A stretch of 63,856 bases of DNA, counting the filler, from Phoronis australis (lineage: Eukaryota > Animalia > Phoronida): NCBI GenBank assembly GCA_002633005.1. It is 5 parts of 5 records of this genome, joined end to end, with 100 filler letters (N's around TTAATTAATTAA, not from the genome) between each part and the next. Parts side by side here need not be neighbours in the genome. Positions count along the whole stretch, not along the records: positions 1 to 16,350 come from NMRA01000603.1; 4 more parts are not named here. One strand, written 5' to 3'. Position numbers and translations under genes: made by a program. The notes beneath the pieces are model-generated. The model was not told where the DNA came from. It did no database searches and saw only the letters and a program-made list of their open reading frames with translations. Below, in pieces: positions 1 to 14,275 of the stretch. Position 1 is the stretch's first letter. The number at the start of each line of letters is the position of its first letter.

Positions 1-44
1 TAGATAGATAGATAGATACATGTAGATAGATAGATAGATACATG

Positions 45-78
<34 letters not shown>

Positions 79-104
79 CATGTAGATAGATAGATAGATA
101 CATG

Positions 105-138
<34 letters not shown>

Positions 139-297
139 CATGTAGATAGATAGATAGATACATCGATAGATAGAAAGATAGATGGAGAGATACGTGTAGA
201 TAGATAGATAGATAGATAGATACATGTAGATAGATAGATAGATACATCGATAGATAGAAAGATAGATAGAGAGATAGATAGAGAGATAGATAGAAAT

Positions 298-328
<31 letters not shown>

Positions 329-680
329 CATGTAGATAGATAGATAGATAGATAGATACATAGATAGATAGATACATAGATAGATAGATACATAGATAGA
401 TAGATACATAGATAAGTAGAAAGATAGATAGATAGATAGATAGCTAGAAAGAATGATAGATAGAAAGAAAGATAGATAGAAAGAAAGATGGATAGATAGA
501 TAGATAGATAGATACATGTGTATAGATAAATAGATAGATACATGTGGATAGATAGATAGATAGATAGATACATGTAGACAGATAGATAGATAGATAGATA
601 GATACATGTAGACAGATAGATAGGTAGATAGATAGATAGATACATGTAGATAGATAGATAGATAGATATATAGATAGACA
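1..680. repeat. (GATA/TAGA)n microsatellite with periodic TACATGTA interruptions
   Basis: Directly visible tetranucleotide array. Confidence 0.97.
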
Positions 681-1239
681 CAAATAGTCATGCATCTACA
701 CAAGATGTTCCTACTTTCTAAGTGACAAAATGAAGAGTGGGACTTGAACTAGTCGGAAGTAAACAAGTAAACTAAAAATTTACTAAGACTATACATAGTC
801 AATGAATACTTTAGAAATTTCAAAACGAGGCAAGAGGACTTTCAAAAGGCTAAGGCGCCACTTGGATGAAACCCACCTATACCTACATTTGTAGTTAGTC
901 AAAAATAAACTAAGCATTCGTGTCAACAATTTTATCTAACTACATGAGCGAATCAATAACCTGTGTTGAGTATCAACAAAATGACTATATAAATTTATAA
1001 AATGTGTATATGTACAGGGACAAATATCTAGGGATTACAATGTATTAACTGTGCAATAATGGGAGAGAATAAATAAGGTACAGAATGATATAACCTAAAC
1101 TTTATTATGGTTGGCTCAACAAAGGAAAAAAAGAATGAATACGGTGTGCATTATATTATATTATGATAAGAACGGAAAATAAAGAATACAAAACGACTAG
1201 GCAGGCAAAACTATATGATTGTATGATTGGTGTTCATTA

Positions 1240-1920
1240 CCCAGCGCAGGGAAACAATAATCAGGGTGATAGGTAAGTCCCATATATCTAACATTTTTTT
1301 AAATTTTAAAACTTTAGCGATGTTGAGATGCACAGATTCTGCAGTTTGATATTCAGCATATTTCTGAATAGTTTTGTAACAGGTGAATGTATGGCTGAAG
1401 AGAAGGCGAGAATGGAGTAAGTAAATATCTTTTCAATTGTTGTGGAATGGAATGTTATAGCAGTTATTAAGTTCTGGAACAAAGTTGCGGAGGCTCTTGG
1501 CTTGAATGAGTGGTATTGGTAATAACGTGTTAAGCAGTGGAAGTGTTACACAAAAATCGGCGTATCTTTAAGGCACATTTCTTTTTCTTTTGGATGAATT
1601 AAGGTTAATATCATCATAAAGATCTGAGAAATATGGGGTAAGAGCTTAGTACAAGACTTTTGTTTTAGACCTGAAATATGAAAAATGTGGTTTACGAAAG
1701 AATATTTAGAGACCAAAATAAGGGGTCAGTATGAGCTAGAGAGTACAATGAGGTATATTTCGAACAGCAAGTTTCGTAATACTTGTAGTCTACGTCAGTT
1801 GTGGAAACCCCAGCATGTTACAGCATAAGTAAAGTGTGGTAAAATGAGAGCTTTATAAATCAAAAGGAGATCATGTAAAGAAAACGTTCCTTTTAACTTG
1901 TGCAGTACACCACATGTTTC
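1240..1920 (-). mobile_element. Decayed LINE (L2/CR1/Crack-like) ORF2 C-terminal remnant
   Basis: Minus strand reads CGVLHKLKGTFSLHDLLLIYKALILPHFTYAVTCWG, then AHTDPLFWSLNIL after a frameshift: typical post-RT region, with stops. Boundaries approximate. Confidence 0.7.
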
Positions 1921-2169
1921 ATAAGCCTGTCATTGTTGCACGAGGACGAGTCTACAAGAAAAAGTTCACATGCCTTCAGAAACAAGTTACAACAAATGAT
2001 TCTTCGCGTATTTTCAAAAACTCTGGAAACTTTTTAAAAAATCAGGAAAAATTCATGAAGTGCTTTCCAAAAAACCTAGGAAATTGACCAACTAAACTAC
2101 GAAGTGTCGCAGCTTCGCGAGAAATCTATCCAAGATGAAATAATAGCTAGCTGTTACGGGGAGATTTTA

Positions 2170-2990
2170 TGAAGGATGAACATGTCATTTATTTATCATT
2201 ACAGTATGATACAGATACATTACAACTTAGGTTAACTATGTACATGATAAAGATTTTGTATGATTTTGTATGAGAAGTATTAGTATTAATTAAGTATATA
2301 GTGGTTGTTGTGTAACTAATTAAAGGTATTAGTTGTTTGCTGAAAGTTTTTGCCTCCTACACAATTAGTGCATAGGAAATGAAACAGCATATTTGTCTCT
2401 AACCATGTGTTTTGGTTAGGCTAGCAGAGTTATATAACTTTAAGTTCACCGGAATTGGTCAACTTTGGGGTGAGCCCGTTCTGGCAACAACAATAGTCTT
2501 GATATTATTCATCAGCAATTACTTAAAGTTTTGTCTGTCCGTGACCATATTTGGCGAAAGCTTAGGTTCATAATTGGAATCGTATGATGTTGTTCTGAGA
2601 GTTTTTTTTTGGGACTATGGGTACATTTGGAGGTTTGTGGTTTTATGTTTTGATCTAACTCGCCCACATTTATTCTGTTTGAGTATAAGTATACCGTTAG
2701 CTACTCAAGAAGGCATATTTCCAACGAGAGGCAACCAGATTGGTATATCAGATATTTCTTGGAGAGAGGCAACCAGCTTGCTACAGAGGTATAGCAGATA
2801 TTCCTGAAGAGATGCTACTGGTTTGCTGAGAAATATCACAAGTTATAGAAATTGGATGGATTGAATTTCAAAGGGATACATTGTATCTAGAATTCGATGG
2901 ACTGAATTCATGTTAACACATATGTTGTTCGATGGATTGAACTTCATGATTATTCCGAAGCATTTCATCAAGTGAAGACTGCTTGGAAGA
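2170..2990 (-). mobile_element. Probable 5' (AP-endonuclease) remnant of the same or a related LINE
   Basis: NNICVNMNSVHRILD and ASLQE resemble the N-terminal APE motifs; heavily degraded. Confidence 0.4.
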
Positions 2991-4252
2991 CTGGATCGAA
3001 TGATCAAGAGAAGAGGAAACTCCTCATAACAAGTGTAACACTGGATCCAAGGCCGACGCCAGGAACGGGAAAATGTGATCACAGGCTGATTAAATTAACC
3101 TTCTTTGTAAATCTTTGCGATTGTTCCATGATTAAGGGAAATTCAAACATTTAGTCAATATACTCATTATTATATCCAAATCAAATTGTGTTGTTTCAAC
3201 CGCCTACCGGCAAGATATTCACCACGTGACACTAACCTAATGATGGAATTAGATGATCTAAAACAGTATTCCTGTCGGGACTGTTTACTGGTTACTTGCG
3301 TCAAGAAAACGGAAAACGGCAATAGAGAGAATCATGTAATGAACATTGTTCTCAAACTTAACCTATAACGTCATCACGGAAAAAAGATTTTACCGCAATC
3401 GTCGACTTGGAGACAGGATTGTTGTTAGATTTATTACCTACATGTATAATGCACGTCAAGCATTTACTAATAACATGAAAAATAGGCCGCAGGAATTCTA
3501 TAAAGGAATTCCGCACGAAAAAGCAAAGCGAACTACTCGTTCAGTGTTTACAGCTGAAACAAAAAGGAAAGATTCAAAATGTACCGGCCTAGCGAACAGA
3601 CCGTGAGTGAAGATGAGAGTCAACGACAAGACCCGTTAGAATGATTTGGCGACTAGACGTGAATGAACTGATAACCGCTACAGAATAATTAACTCATAGC
3701 AACTCGCAGTGCCAGTTCAGAAAGTTTTGTTTACAAGAACTCCGCGCATCGGTATTTCCACTATGTTGGTATTGAGTAAGTAATGCACAATATCAATAAG
3801 TGACTGTCTCGCACTGCTGGGTGCCTAAACAACTAATTTAATCACTGGCTGATCCAATCAATATTGTGTTTGTTTTTAAGTTTTCTACTTCACACAACAG
3901 TAGTTTTAGATGTTACATAGTCTGGATAGTATGTATGTATAGAATTTATATTTTCCTTAGTTTTAGTAGTAAACCGCAAGCATTCACTTTTCAATTCGGC
4001 ACAGCATCGTTGAAGAGCAGCGCACCTGCGACATTTCGTCCACCATAAATGAACCCATAACGTAATAGGTGACATGTCTAGATTTCAATGAGGTGATGAA
4101 TTGTTAATGTTTACTGACCACCTACAAATGAATTCAGACACGCCGATCTATTCCTCAATGGAAATACCCTTGAACTAACCAATCTGTCTTCATATAACAA
4201 AAAATATTTATGTGGGGGTCTTCAACATCGACCTTTTAAGCGAATGAGCAAA

Positions 4253-4301
4253 TCCACCATCTTGAATTTGCCGCCGCAGTTGCATTATGGGAATTGTATG
4301 C
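4253..4301 (-). promoter_or_regulatory. ZNF143/SBS-like motif next to a YY1-like motif
   Basis: Minus strand CATACAATTCCCATAATGCA (consensus ACTACAnTTCCCAGAATGC) followed by CAAGATGGTGG; no linked gene identified. Confidence 0.3.
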
Positions 4302-6989
4302 CTCTATCGCTTGACAACCGATTGTGCACAATGTTGCCGGGTATTGTTGTAATGAATGTTTAGCACAGAAGCGGTCAATAAAGCTATTTTATTTGAATTG
4401 TTATCCAAAAATTAATATTAAACGAATAAATAGTGCAGGAAGCATTCAAGTGTATTTTATCATAAACATGTTTTGGAAATTTATGAAGTCAACGTTGCCG
4501 CGCCCCAGCTCCGTCGACTGTGACTCCGGGGCCCGGTCTGCAATCACCGTCAGGCTCATACTCATACTCGAGAAATCATACTAAAATCGAGCTCAATGGA
4601 GTCGTAAGCCTACTTGAAAAAGCGTATATAATGTCACATTTCGAGTAGACTCCAAACGCGTATTCAAATCTGAGAATCATACTCGAGTTGCTATGAATCT
4701 CTTCACTAGTTATGATGTCAAATGCAAAACCACGAAAAGTCGTGCTGATTCAGCGCCCCCTGTATTCGCATCGACTACCCTAGCAACTATGTTATCGATA
4801 GCTCTCGCTACAATTACAGGAGTATAACGTGGAATGCTGAGTGTTCTGTAAATGTTCAATACAATATCCTCCTACCATTTCTTGATACATTTGCCAATAA
4901 TTAACCTTTACTTCTTGAGTTCCTTATCTCCCGCCCGAAAATGTCTCAAGAAATTTGAAACAGCTTATCAAAGAAAGTCCTTCGGCCGGAGCGGAGCAGC
5001 CAAAATCTCAGTGTCTGATTTAGTCAGGGGTCATTCTCCCCGGCCTACACTTGACTCATTACTCCTAAAATTGGCATGGTCACACCAACGATTGACGGCA
5101 TATTGAAATTATCTGTTTCATTAACGCCATGGTGGGCCGGTGACCCCGGTACGGGAGTTGGGTACCATATCACAGGCCTGCAACATTTTTAAGGGAGACT
5201 TTGAATTGCACATTTTCGTTGACGTCAGCCCGAAACTCCGAGTCGACATTTGGGCCGCAGTTGTTTGGTTACTGGTCAACCCGTGTTCTCTCTTGCATAA
5301 AAATGTGCATGAAGTTTTAATTTGAACTCTAGTTTCAAACTTTATATGCTGCATTTTTGTTTGTCTGCTGAGAAATCATTGAAAACATGAGCTACAATGT
5401 AATACTTGTTGTGTACTTATAGACTTTATACTGAAAGCAGCCTTTGTCATCCTCACTTCTTTCACGTGACCCCTGTAGTGGATGAAAATCTGATCATGCT
5501 TTCAACAAGAGGCATTTATGTAGTCAAGTAACGCCCTCTGGATTACTGTGAAGTAATTTGAATTCACTTCTTTAGACTTCTCACAACTAGTCACACACAC
5601 TTATTCAACTACGTTCCTCTGTGTCTCCCACTGCGCAGATGACGTATCTCTCACCGGTAGCTGGTTCCATGTAGTCAGCCCCCATTGCTACTTGAAAGTC
5701 TCCCATTTTTCACTTGTGTCAGTCACAACAAAATGCATAGGCCTACAGATAGCAAAATGATAACATTAGCCAGACATACCACTCCAAAAAGTGAAGTTAT
5801 TCGGGCACTGGCGCCTATATAACGTCCACGGAAAGCTGGTCACCAGTGGCTTTGGCTTTGCTTGTAATTGCCAATGAATCTTTCACCTTGACACTGTCCT
5901 CCGCTTTCAACGCACTGCATCAAAACCACTTGAAGGTTCCTCAAAAATAAGGTTTGCTCAGACACACTCCAAAGCTAACCCACAGTAAGCATCTTCTTTG
6001 TTAACAGGACAATCACAGATAAAACCAATTATAAATGATATTGTTCATACAACACTGTAAGACTTGGAAAGTCGCAAATGGGGAAGGGGCAACCACAATT
6101 TTTTAAGTAAAATGTTATGTAAATGATTTGTCGGCGGTGTTTTGTTTTGTTTTTTAGCCGTGCGAATAAGACTGTTGAGCTTTGTAAAACCAGCGAGATT
6201 TGAATTTCTCTCGCAAAGGTGTCCTGTCAAAACTGCTGCTGTTGGCTAGTAAGTATCCTAATTCCATGACTACGAACACTTTTCCGAAATAAAGTAGAGT
6301 ACCCTGGGTGCCTAGAAAATACGAAATTTGATAAATGATAAATTGATTCGCAGTATGCGGGCCAACTAGTAGCAAATTATTTACTTTTTGTTGACGTTTG
6401 TGGGCATTACTCATTGTGGTGAAATGGTGTAACCACCAGTCACTTTCGACTTCAAATGACATGAAATCCGTTAGCGCCAGAACATTTTTGTATATTGTTT
6501 CGTATACATGTACATGTATCTAGGATACATGTAGCTCAATACATCTGTTGGTACTAAAATGTTCTGAACCCTGTGCCAGCTGAGGTATCGGGATACAAAT
6601 TTAGACAAGTTTGACAGTTTCAAAAAATCACTCAACGTACTCATCTTATGCGGCTCTAAAAACAGCCAAAAAATATCGAAATGAATGAAGTAGTTGCTGA
6701 TCGATAACATAGGTTCAATGTTTCAAGGTTACTTCCACTGCGTATCGTAACTGTCGGAATTTTACTAAAACTCAACTGCCGCCCGGCTCAAAACTTGCCG
6801 GAAAGAATTAGTATCCATGGAAACCAATAGGAGGCGTTATGAAAAAATAAAGGTGTTCAGGAGTCAGTGGGGCCAGTGTCATCATACAGACAAAATATAA
6901 AGAGAATCTGTGACAAAAGCTTTTATCACCCTCTGTATGGTCCATTCGCAAACATGCTCTTAAACCCCAATATGAAACTGAATTTTTTG

Positions 6990-7560
6990 ATGTAATGGCA
7001 GTCCACCACCACCTTCCTAGAATTACTCTTTCCACTAGATTTACCGATCACTCTGCTACACTTATTGACCATATTTACAGTGTATATTAACTTTTCCTAC
7101 TATGCTTCAACAGTCTCAGGCCAGATTTCTGCTTTCGTCTCTACCTGACCAATGCCCAACCTTCATACTAGTTGACACCAAAACAAAGCATATACATGTA
7201 TGTAAAGTGCGACTCAGTTGAATGAATGGTCAATAGATGATCTCAATGACCAACCCATACTGAATGAGGGTAACGACGTTAACACAAATTACAGCATTTT
7301 CTCTCGAGCTTTCACTGATAATGAACAAATACATGTACTTGCCTTCCAAATCCAAAAAAATCAACAAATGCAATAAAAATGCACGGATAACAAGTGGCAT
7401 TCTGAAATCAATATTTAAAGGCAAACTGAACTGTATAGACAACTTATCTCCACACCTAAAACAAGCTCTCTAGTTCAATCAGCAACTACACTAACAATTA
7501 AAGAATGTAGCCCCGCTATAGTATGAATCAATATAAATGATAAATAACACACAGTAAACA
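6990..7560 (+). mobile_element. Decayed LINE ORF2, endonuclease C-terminus and linker
   Basis: PTRFTDHSATLIDHIY and NARITSGILKSI (cf. PWITxGILKSI) motifs, frameshifted. Confidence 0.75.
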
Positions 7561-7929
7561 GTTAATATCTAATATAACAAAAAATAAATGCTAAGCTGTA
7601 AATCCACTAATGTAGAATATTTCATTCAATTCATTATATGTTCATGATAAATTTCTGCATTAAAGATAGTATTACTCACTTGCAGCGTCTTGATGCTTTC
7701 TGGGTTGGCCTCCAGTTGAGTAAGTGGTGCATCCACACGTTTTAATGAACTGTATAATAAACTATATTGCGTAGTGATCATATAGAATAGTTGCCTTGAA
7801 ATAGATGACCAGTACCATATTTGTTGCAAACACGGTAGAGAATTTTTTACCGATGTTGTTAAGGTTCTTACAGTTGTTCACTAGATGATTCTAGCACTGA
7901 GAAATGTTTCTTGAAATGCGACACAGCGG

Positions 7930-8500
7930 CACTTTCGCTAGTTCCCTGCGTGCCGCTAGGTGGTCAGTAGTCAGCACGCAGGTATCACTTATTTTTCCTC
8001 GGAAATTTTTTTACACCGACGTTTCTGATTGGCTTGTCGAATTCTCAACAGGCAGCGCTTTACGCAAACAAACTGGCATGACTGATGGACTGAAATATAA
8101 ATGACGTGGTCTCTTGTACAGACAAATCGGTGCTTAAAATTTATGTTCAGGAAATGTTAAATTGTGGTAGTACCTTTTTGGAGTGCATCTTTCTACTGTT
8201 GGTGACTTTTGTTTACGATACTGTCCTGCATTCATCAAATACAGTATGATTAACACACCAGCTAAATCTGCCAGATATGTGTTTATTGTACATGTACGTG
8301 TTTCAAGAACTGCAGAAACGAAATAGTTGCCGCGACGCCACTTTCATGACAAGGCTAAAAATCGTTCACAGTCCGCCATTGTTTACGGTGTAAAGCTAAC
8401 CAATGACTGATGAGGTTACATCAGCCAATGCTAAAGCGCGTGCCACTGCGTGATACCTTCGTACTGGCTAGGCACGTACGTAGGGAACCAGCGAGTACAG
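7930..8500. mobile_element. MITE with degenerate terminal inverted repeats lying between the two LINE halves
   Basis: TCGCTAGTTCCCTGCGTGCC...GCAGGTATCAC (~7935-7989) is mirrored by GTGATACCTTCGTACTGG...GTAGGGAACCAGCGA (~8450-8494). Confidence 0.5.
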
Positions 8501-8754
8501 CACTTAGTTCTAGTTCCGCTAAAGGAGTGAGAATAGCAATTACGATTGTCCCGACTGTAGAGAAGGCAGGGAAACTCGCTCATGGCTCATGCTTGACTCA
8601 CGCCTAGCTCACGGTCCCCTCGTGCTTCGTTCACGCCTAACTCACGGAAAGCTCCAGGCACAGTCACGTTTGCGCTCACGCTAGTTGTCACGGTCGACTC
8701 ACGCCTCACTCTCAGGCCCGTCACGCCTAGCCTGACCGGAGGCAGACCGAAAGA

Positions 8755-9830
8755 AGTCTAATAATTCTACCGGAGTTCCCCAAGGCTCTGTCCTTGACCC
8801 AATTCTCTTCTTAATTTACATTAAATGATCTTTCGTTTTCATTTCCCATGGGCACACTTCTTTATGCTGACGACACTTGCCTCATCACACCTTACAAACT
8901 TACTGAATCTTCCCAAGACACTTTACAACATTCAACCACCATCAACAACATACTTAAATCTGTTTCAGACTGGTTTTCCGTGAACAAACTTCCATTTAAC
9001 ACATCAAAAAGTGAATTAATGATCTTCCAGTACGCCCAAAAAAATTTGAAAATGTATTATTCCCACCTTTTATATAAATAGCAAAACAATATGTCATGTG
9101 AGCAGTTTTCCTTTCCTTTCCTTAGTATTGCCGTTGACCAAAGCCTAAAATGGTCCCCCCACATAAACCTCACCTCAAACAAACTTAACAATCTCGGTGG
9201 AATCATACATGTATATCAATTGAAGTCTTATCTTCCTCTTCCAGCTCTCAAGTTAATATATAATTCTCTTGTCCTCCAACATTTAAACTATGGCATTGCA
9301 ACTTGAGGTTTTGGCGACACTAAGAAACTCCAGACAGCCCAGAAGAGAATCCTTCGGAATATATCAAATTCCAGTTGTAATGTTTATCCTCTGCCCATAT
9401 GTAAGGATTTTCGCCTTCCTCTACTCCAAGACATCTTTAAAATCTCAACTGCAAAATTTTACTACAAATTCCTCAATAATCAGCTTCCTGAGTATTTTTG
9501 CACAAACAAATTCTTTAGTAAAGCCATCCAATATAAACCAACCAGACACATTAAAACTCCTACATACCTGAATTAATACTCACCTGCTATTCCGACAATA
9601 CAACCCAAAATTTTAATTCCTCCGTCCAACAAATTGTCATCAAGAGCCTGTATTAGATTTGAAAGTCATCACCTTATAAACAACAACGAAATACCAGTCT
9701 CTCTTCTAAATATAACAAAAACACACATTTCAAGCATTCTCCAGCTCCTTAAACAATTTTAGTATTAGCAACTACGTGCCAGTTTGTCATATTTCCAATT
9801 GCTTCATATGTAACAGTATCTAATTGTATT
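8755..9830 (+). mobile_element. Decayed LINE reverse transcriptase (L2/CR1/Crack-like), 3' part
   Basis: GVPQGSVLDPILFLIYI, LYADDT, WFSVNKLPFNTSKSELMIF, LKWSPHI, LIYNSLVLQHLNYGI; multiple stops and frameshifts. Confidence 0.92.
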
Positions 9831-10037
9831 CACAAAATCTTCCTGAGCTCTGCCAGTCCACTTCTTGGTTCCTGGCGTGTAGGTCGTCAGCGCTAATTCA
9901 CTTTGTTTTCTTAAGTATGTTATATATATGGCTTCCTCACCTAATCCTACTGATTTTCATACATTTATTTAGTACAAGGAACCTTCTTATTAGCGGTCAA
10001 TAACTCCCCCCCTCCCTCCCTCATTCCCTCCCTCCAC

Positions 10038-10564
10038 NNNNNNNNNNNNNNNNNNNNNNNNNNNNNNNNNNNNNNNNNNNNNNNNNNNNNNNNNNNNNNN
10101 NNNNNNNNNNNNNNNNNNNNNNNNNNNNNNNNNNNNNNNNNNNNNNNNNNNNNNNNNNNNNNNNNNNNNNNNNNNNNNNNNNNNNNNNNNNNNNNNNNNN
10201 NNNNNNNNNNNNNNNNNNNNNNNNNNNNNNNNNNNNNNNNNNNNNNNNNNNNNNNNNNNNNNNNNNNNNNNNNNNNNNNNNNNNNNNNNNNNNNNNNNNN
10301 NNNNNNNNNNNNNNNNNNNNNNNNNNNNNNNNNNNNNNNNNNNNNNNNNNNNNNNNNNNNNNNNNNNNNNNNNNNNNNNNNNNNNNNNNNNNNNNNNNNN
10401 NNNNNNNNNNNNNNNNNNNNNNNNNNNNNNNNNNNNNNNNNNNNNNNNNNNNNNNNNNNNNNNNNNNNNNNNNNNNNNNNNNNNNNNNNNNNNNNNNNNN
10501 NNNNNNNNNNNNNNNNNNNNNNNNNNNNNNNNNNNNNNNNNNNNNNNNNNNNNNNNNNNNNNNN
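10038..10564. other. Assembly gap (527 N) flanked by CCCT/CT simple repeats
   Basis: N run; (CT)n at 10565-10603. Confidence 0.99.
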
Positions 10565-10566
10565 NT

Positions 10567-10606
<40 letters not shown>

Positions 10607-10944
10607 TTCTCAATACATTGAAAAACATTTTAAAATTTTCAACCCAATTCGCTCTATGTATGGTAATTTTAGCGCTAAGTAAAAATTTGAGATGGTCTTA
10701 CAGAGTTCTTTAATTGTACTGTTGGCATTCGCCACTGTTCCATGATCAGCCCATTATTATTTTGTTATATCTGAATGAATTTCTGGATCAACAGAGAGCG
10801 AAAACAGTATTAATAACGCATATCTCAGCGCCAAAGTCAATTCCCAACATACATGTACATGTAGGGTTGCAAACATATGCTCCTCCACCGCTATCAACTT
10901 ACAACGTATATGTCTAAATTATTTGGCAGAATTTTGTGAATCAT

Positions 10945-11020
10945 GGGGAATGCAAGTAAGCTTGAAGAAAACCTTGGCGATCCTTTTTATAAAGGGCGGT
11001 CACCTTAGACAATTTGAAAA
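10945..11020 (-). mobile_element. Tiny LINE RT fragment
   Basis: FKLSKVTALYKKD resembles the KVxPLYKK motif preceding NYRPIS. Confidence 0.4.
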
Positions 11021-13235
11021 TGGATCTTAAATGGATCCACCGGCCTGCAAGTACCGGTACATGGACAACCGTATCGAGAGAGAACACAACGTATGTCCAA
11101 TGTAACGGTGTTGACGAGAATGAGGACGGAGACATTTGTCCATGTGATATGTGAATTTGTACACAACAATACGTTTGACCACTTGTCGCAGTCTTTCACG
11201 ACTGGCGGCTAAGTGTGGAGTTATCGACATCGTGACTTTCCGTGACAAATCGGGAATTTCCGTACCGTCCACCACCTCGAACCCTCACACTAGTAAGTAT
11301 ACGCATGGGCTTTTTGTGAACATTTTTGTGCTTTTACCGCGAATTTGTTACCATCTCGCTGGAGCAGGACACCGTGAATGGTATTAAAAGCTTTGCACAT
11401 GGTTTGTTGAAAACCTATTTTGTGTAAATTTATTAAGATGTGTGTTTGATATGGACGGCTGAAGTGAAACACCCGTGGAATTCCTTGTCCCGAGTGTCAT
11501 GCCTTGTAGTATATACATACATGTAGCGTATTGGGAACAAACAGAAGCTTAGGACGCCTTTGGCCATGAATAGCAGACGACGTATTTGCCGGAAATAACA
11601 CCAGCTAACTTTAGTCAAGTGTCGCTTGTGAATAATGACGAAACGCTTGTGCGAAAGACCACAGATTTCGTCCATTGAAAGTATACGGAGTTGGCGGTCC
11701 ATGTACTATAGTCTATCGTTACATGCGCTGAAAAACTGAGAACTGACCCGTTCCATCGCGCATACTTGCAGTAAACTTACACACCTTGTAAGTGAATCCT
11801 TCAGTGTCTGGTTAAGTTTTGAGTCTGAGTTCGAAGGCTAGTTTCTAGATTCTGTTTATATGTCAGTACATTGTAAGTGCATACGAGTTTACAAATTATT
11901 GTATAGACAGCACAATAAATATTCAGCAAGTTAACTTGTCTCAGACTGACGGCTTTCCCGCCTGTTGTTAAATATGTCAGAGTGTGGCTTCAGCGATCTT
12001 TGAATTAAGACGGTTAACCCGACAACACAACGTTGCACTTTTGAACCTACATGTATGAATTTTATTTAGCTATCTGATCTTGTAAACGCGCATTTGTAGT
12101 TTCAAAACATGGCTTATTTGCCTATTAAGCTGAGCGAGAAGTTGAAGCTATAGATTAAATGTCTCGTGGTGAAACGTAGATATATGTACTTGTATGAGGT
12201 ACTGTAGCTTTAAATTAAAGAAAGTGAAAAACTTCGTTGTCAAAAGTCACAGCTTTCTAATTTCCACCTCGTATAGCCAGAATATACGTAGGGTTACTTG
12301 TTCTGATAGCCTGTTGGCGCCAATGATTGTGTAGGATTTCCTGTTTCTGGTACTGTCAACAAAAATGAAACTCTGACTTTAGTTTCTATTTTAAAGAGTT
12401 GAAAATCATGACAGGTAATTCTATGCACTATTTCTAGAATAAGGGCTGCAGGAAAATATAACCACGCATTCCAAAAATAAATCACATTTGTGAGCCTTGC
12501 TGACAAAATTTCACTTACCTATTTCGTCTGTATAAGGGTTTTGGGATATTCTTGGCTTTTGCATGCTATGTGATTAGTTATTTCTTGTGCCATTGCTGTA
12601 ATGTAGTAGAAAATGTCCGTGATGATGAAGTATAGGCTTTTTGTAGTACTTCCTGACCACGTAATCACCTTTTTCGTTTAGTGTGACTGCATAAGGAACT
12701 AGTGTATTTTAGGCAAACACATTTATTTTCTGCAACTAATAACTATTAATGGTTGAACAGTAAGTTTATTGACTGCATGAATGATCATGTTTCATGCAAA
12801 TGACTGACTGGCGAAAGTGGAAGTGAAGTAAAAAAGAAGTTTGTTGTTTTACATTTTTCGTGTATATTTTTGTTTCCAAGGAATCTTAAGATCGCGCCTC
12901 TCTAAGCCGGTTTACTTTTATGGTTCTCGTAATTTCAGCTAACACACCATGTAATTGCTATCTCGTTATGCATTGTCCTTTATCTAACGGTATTGTGAAT
13001 GTAGGAGGCCGACACTGTGTTACAAGCAAAAAGAAAATCTGAGGTAGTCAATTTTTGCCACTTCCTGAAGGCCAGTCTTAACTTACTCGACGTCACAGTA
13101 AGTTAGCGAATCAAGGATCAGCAGAGATTAGAAACCCTATTAGGATCTACTACACTGAAATGGGTTGGAATCCCTACTTTTTTCGAACTTTGAGGCCCTG
13201 AATTCAAAACGAATTGGACAGACTTACGTTTGGTC

Positions 13236-14275
13236 TTATCTAATTACCGTATTTTTACTTTTGTCAAGAATTGCAACCAATTCTTCATCGGTTTTCGTAT
13301 GCTGTTTAATTAAAGCGCACAGCAATGCGAAACAAAGTAAGGACATTATAATCCCACCAAACACAAGATACATTAACACTATTGGGCCAATGACGTCAAA
13401 TAAAAGAGGTACTATTGTTGGAAAAATCATGGCACCTATTGCGTCTCCTCCAACGCACATCCCCACAATAAATGGGTCTTCAGAAATGTTTTTCAAACAA
13501 ATGCTCAAAAAAGATGCCAGCATTGAACTGAAAAAAAGTCCTACACAGAATGAAGATATCCACAAAAGAACTCTGCTTTCTTCTGCCCAAATGCACAAGG
13601 CCATAAAAAGAACCGCCAATGACAGTAGATTAATGGTGATCATTTGAATTGGTGTCAACAACTTAGAAACCCAAATCGCATTCACTCTTCCAAAAGTCAG
13701 CGCCAAAAAGGTGACTGACGTCATCAGCACAGCTTCCGCTTTTGGGATGTCCGCTTTTGAGTTAACACAAAACGTAGTGATAAAATCCTGGTACATTTTG
13801 AGGGACCCACACTGAAAAATGATGCTAAGAAATGCTGTAACTAACATGCAAGTTAGTCGCTTATTGCTCAATATTTCACACAGTTGTCCAGGCTTCTTTT
13901 CTTCTTGGGTTTGTCTGCTTTCTTTGGTCTTACAACACTGTTCGAAGATACTTATACAGAAGAAGCACGCAGCAGGCAAACAACAGAGAGCGCCAAGTGT
14001 CACGTATCCGTAAAGCACGTGCGATTCTGTCCAGCGCTTCAAATGCTGTTGCTGGTGAGTACAGTTTAGTAAACACTGAGTGTCCTGTGTAGTGGTGTTT
14101 CCCTGTAATGTTTGATTCCGTGTCTCGTCGTAAACGCTCGGCAACTCCTTCGACAGAAAAGGACGTATTACAATTGGCCCAAGTACTGCTCCACACATCT
14201 TAAATGCAAATTCGGCCTGCAGAAACTGATCCCGGTGTTTTAGATCACTTCGCTCGAGTACGATGACTAGGAACA
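13236..14275 (-). CDS. MFSD4: Terminal exon of an MFS transporter, MFSD4/sodium-dependent glucose transporter 1-like (5' exons not identified)
   Basis: 1040-nt open exon after the acceptor ttttacag; many hydrophobic helices; QFLQAEFAFKMCGAVLGPIVIRPFL and MTSVTFLALTFGRVNAIWVSK match MFSD4-family segments; TAA at 13236. Confidence 0.8.

Noticed and set aside
444-695. 83-aa YLSI-repeat ORF
   Set aside because: Translation of the GATA microsatellite
9990-10628. 212-aa ORF
   Set aside because: Mostly N gap and (CT)n
11005-11702. Overlapping 60-90-aa ORFs
   Set aside because: No recognisable domain or consistent exon structure; probably repeat-derived
13165-13647. 160-aa plus-strand ORF
   Set aside because: Antisense shadow of the MFS exon
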